Positions 54,703-56,324 of a stretch of DNA of 56,324 nucleotides are shown here, one piece after another (position 1 is the first letter of the stretch; every line of letters starts with the position of its first letter). A model generated the notes under the pieces. It was given only the letters and a program-made list of their open reading frames with translations. It did not search any database and had not been told where the DNA came from. The stretch spans positions 1 to 56,324 of the IMG/VR virus record IMGVR_UViG_3300047369_000502, one strand, 5' to 3'. A program made the position numbers and the translations under genes. This stretch comes from a virus. Taxonomy: Duplodnaviria; Caudoviricetes.

Positions 54703-55119
54703 ATGAAAAATTATATTTTAACGTTGGCCCTTGCGGTCTTAACAACAATCGGTGCTAATGCACAAAACACAAAAGGTGACTGGTACGTAGGTACTGGCGA
54801 TATTACTAACACGGCTTGGACTGAGTTATCAATCCAACCAACAATCGGATATGCATTTGCTGACAACTATATGATCGGCATGAGTTTATCACAAGCAGAC
54901 TCGACTGAGGATATGAATCTTGGTTTAGAAGGTAGATACTTCTACAAAGGTTTCTTCGGTTACGTAGGCCTAAATGATTTTGATTTCGATCAAGCATCAT
55001 TAGGTGTAGGTAAAATGTTTGAGTTTCATAAAGGTGCAATGTACCTAGACCCAAAAGTTGTTTACGACTTAGGAGCAGAAACTACTAACCTTCAAATTGG
55101 ATTTGGTTTAAAGTTCTAA
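54703..55119 (+). CDS. Small outer-membrane beta-barrel protein (OmpA-like, Bacteroidota type)
   Basis: Sec signal ending ANA-Q, KGDW, amphipathic strands, C-terminal beta-signal QIGFGLKF; middle promoter at 54531-57. Confidence 0.8.
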   Translation: MKNYILTLALAVLTTIGANAQNTKGDWYVGTGDITNTAWTELSIQPTIGYAFADNYMIGMSLSQADSTEDMNLGLEGRYFYKGFFGYVGLNDFDFDQASLGVGKMFEFHKGAMYLDPKVVYDLGAETTNLQIGFGLKF

Positions 55120-55142
55120 ACTAAATCTAATTTGGTTAAGTT

Positions 55143-55174
55143 AAAGCCCAAGTTTCTAGGACTTGGGCTTTTTT
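55143..55174 (+). terminator. Intrinsic terminator
   Basis: AAAGCCCAAGT/ACTTGGGCTTT followed by a T-tract. Confidence 0.85.
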
Positions 55175-55226
55175 ATGAAACATAGTTAACGGGCTCACAT
55201 ATAACATATATTTAAAACATAATAAA

Positions 55227-55376
55227 ATGGAAGATAAAGATTGGAATCCAAATGACTGGCAAGGAAGGTCTAAAAAACAAGTAGAGACTAATGAGACATT
55301 AGCAGGTATTTCTGTGATAGGTTTAGTTGTTTTTGTAATTGGAACTTTGATTTACCAACTTATTACTAGTATTTAA
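55227..55376 (+). CDS. Small membrane protein (49 aa)
   Basis: MEDKDWNPNDWQGRSKKQVE plus C-terminal TM helix; promoter at 55177-55204. Confidence 0.65.
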   Translation: MEDKDWNPNDWQGRSKKQVETNETLAGISVIGLVVFVIGTLIYQLITSI

Positions 55377-55394
55377 AAACTAGATAAATAATAA

Positions 55395-55631
55395 GTGAAG
55401 CTAACTGATAGAGATATCGATAGAATTATCGAGATGGCGTGGGAAGACAGAACCCCATTTGAGGCCATAGAATTTCAGTTTGGTTTAAAAGAAAATGACG
55501 TAAGAAAATTAATGAGGTCAGAGATGAAAGAGTCCTCATTTAAGATGTGGAGAGAACGAGTTAAAGGTAGAAAAACTAAACACGGGAAAACAAATCCCGC
55601 TAATAGATTTAAATCAAAAAACCAAAAATAG
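55395..55631 (+). CDS. TIGR03643/DUF2805 family protein
   Basis: IDRIIEMAWEDRTPFEAI..QFGL.E..V..LMR......SFK.WR.RV. Confidence 0.85.
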   Translation: MKLTDRDIDRIIEMAWEDRTPFEAIEFQFGLKENDVRKLMRSEMKESSFKMWRERVKGRKTKHGKTNPANRFKSKNQK

Positions 55632-55643
55632 ACACCGTGCCAC

Positions 55644-55973
55644 ATGAAAAAGCACTTATTATTGATTACTATTATGTTAACAACATCCATGTCTGGACAA
55701 AATTTTATTTTACAAGAAAAAGATAAACAGGCACATTTTGCAGCAGGTATTGCAGTAGGAGCCTTAGGTTATCATTGGTCATATAAAAGGCATGGTAATA
55801 AAACAAGAGCACAAATAACAGCCGTGGCTGCTTCAATTTCCGCTGGTATATTAAAAGAACTATATGATAATAGAACTGGAGGAACAGTAGAAGGTAGAGA
55901 TGTTCTAGCTACTTCGATGGGCGGTGCCGTATTTACAGTTACCATACCATTATTTCAAAAGAAAAAGAAATGA
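55644..55973 (+). CDS. YfiM/DUF2279-like membrane protein
   Basis: Signal peptide, DKQAHFAAG, GILKELYD, D..AT..G. Confidence 0.7.
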   Translation: MKKHLLLITIMLTTSMSGQNFILQEKDKQAHFAAGIAVGALGYHWSYKRHGNKTRAQITAVAASISAGILKELYDNRTGGTVEGRDVLATSMGGAVFTVTIPLFQKKKK

Positions 55974-56324
55974 AAATAGGAATTACATGTTCTTCATTTG
56001 ACTTATTACATGCAGGTCATATTAAGATGTTAGAAGAGGCAAAACAACATTGCGACTTTTTAATTTGTGCGTTGCAAACTGACCCGACTATTGATCGACC
56101 AGAAAAGAATCAACCCATTCAATCTATTATTGAAAGATGGGTGCAATTAGATGCTTGTAAACATGTCGATCAGATCGTACCATATGCCACAGAAAAAGAT
56201 TTAGAAGATATTTTTATGTCATTTAAACTAGATTGTAGAATCATTGGAGATGAATATGAGACTAAGCATTTTACAGCAAAAGACATCTGTCTAAAAAGAG
56301 AAATAGAGATAATATATAATAGTC
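55970..56324 (+). CDS. Glycerol-3-phosphate cytidylyltransferase-like protein (TagD family), partial
   Basis: MKIGITCSSFDLLHAGHIKMLEEAK...LQTDPTIDRPEKN.P.QS..ER; runs off the window end. Confidence 0.85.
   Translation, partial: MKIGITCSSFDLLHAGHIKMLEEAKQHCDFLICALQTDPTIDRPEKNQPIQSIIERWVQLDACKHVDQIVPYATEKDLEDIFMSFKLDCRIIGDEYETKHFTAKDICLKREIEIIYNS

Noticed and set aside
1-56324. Alternative genetic code (TAG/TGA reassignment)
   Set aside because: Core genes are full-length in code 11, TAG and TGA serve as stops with coupled downstream starts, and no suppressor tRNA is seen.

Overview
56 kb fragment of an AT-rich, T4-like (contractile-tailed) large bacteriophage, almost entirely on the + strand. 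The host is probably Bacteroidota/Flavobacteria: leaders are A-rich and lack Shine-Dalgarno sequences, there are TAnnTTnG-like promoters, a Bacteroidota-style OMP and nrdB-nrdA order. From left to right: (1) a probable DNA-modification/nucleotide cluster (partial amino-acid:DNA-transferase-like ORF, cytidylyltransferase, fold-II PLP enzyme, dUTPase/dCTPase); (2) a family-B DNA polymerase split into two genes about 4.4 kb apart around nrdB/nrdA and a sliding-clamp candidate; (3) UvsX, gp41 helicase, gp33-like, gp47/gp46; (4) gp15, gp55 late sigma, gp4, gp2, portal, a prohead protease-scaffold fusion, major capsid, clamp loader, RNase H; (5) neck gp14, terminases, sheath, tube, a tail chaperone pair with a candidate frameshift, tape measure; (6) an accessory region with a Nei glycosylase, guanylate kinase, a degenerate phosphoesterase, an ECF sigma factor, a GMP reductase/IMPDH-family enzyme, 10 tRNAs, an atypical tRNA-like RNA, structured spacer RNAs, a sugar dehydrogenase and an outer-membrane beta-barrel. 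Three distinct promoter motifs can be read from the sequence and suggest a host sigma -> phage ECF sigma -> gp55 cascade. All protein calls come from motif recognition by eye; no database searches were run.
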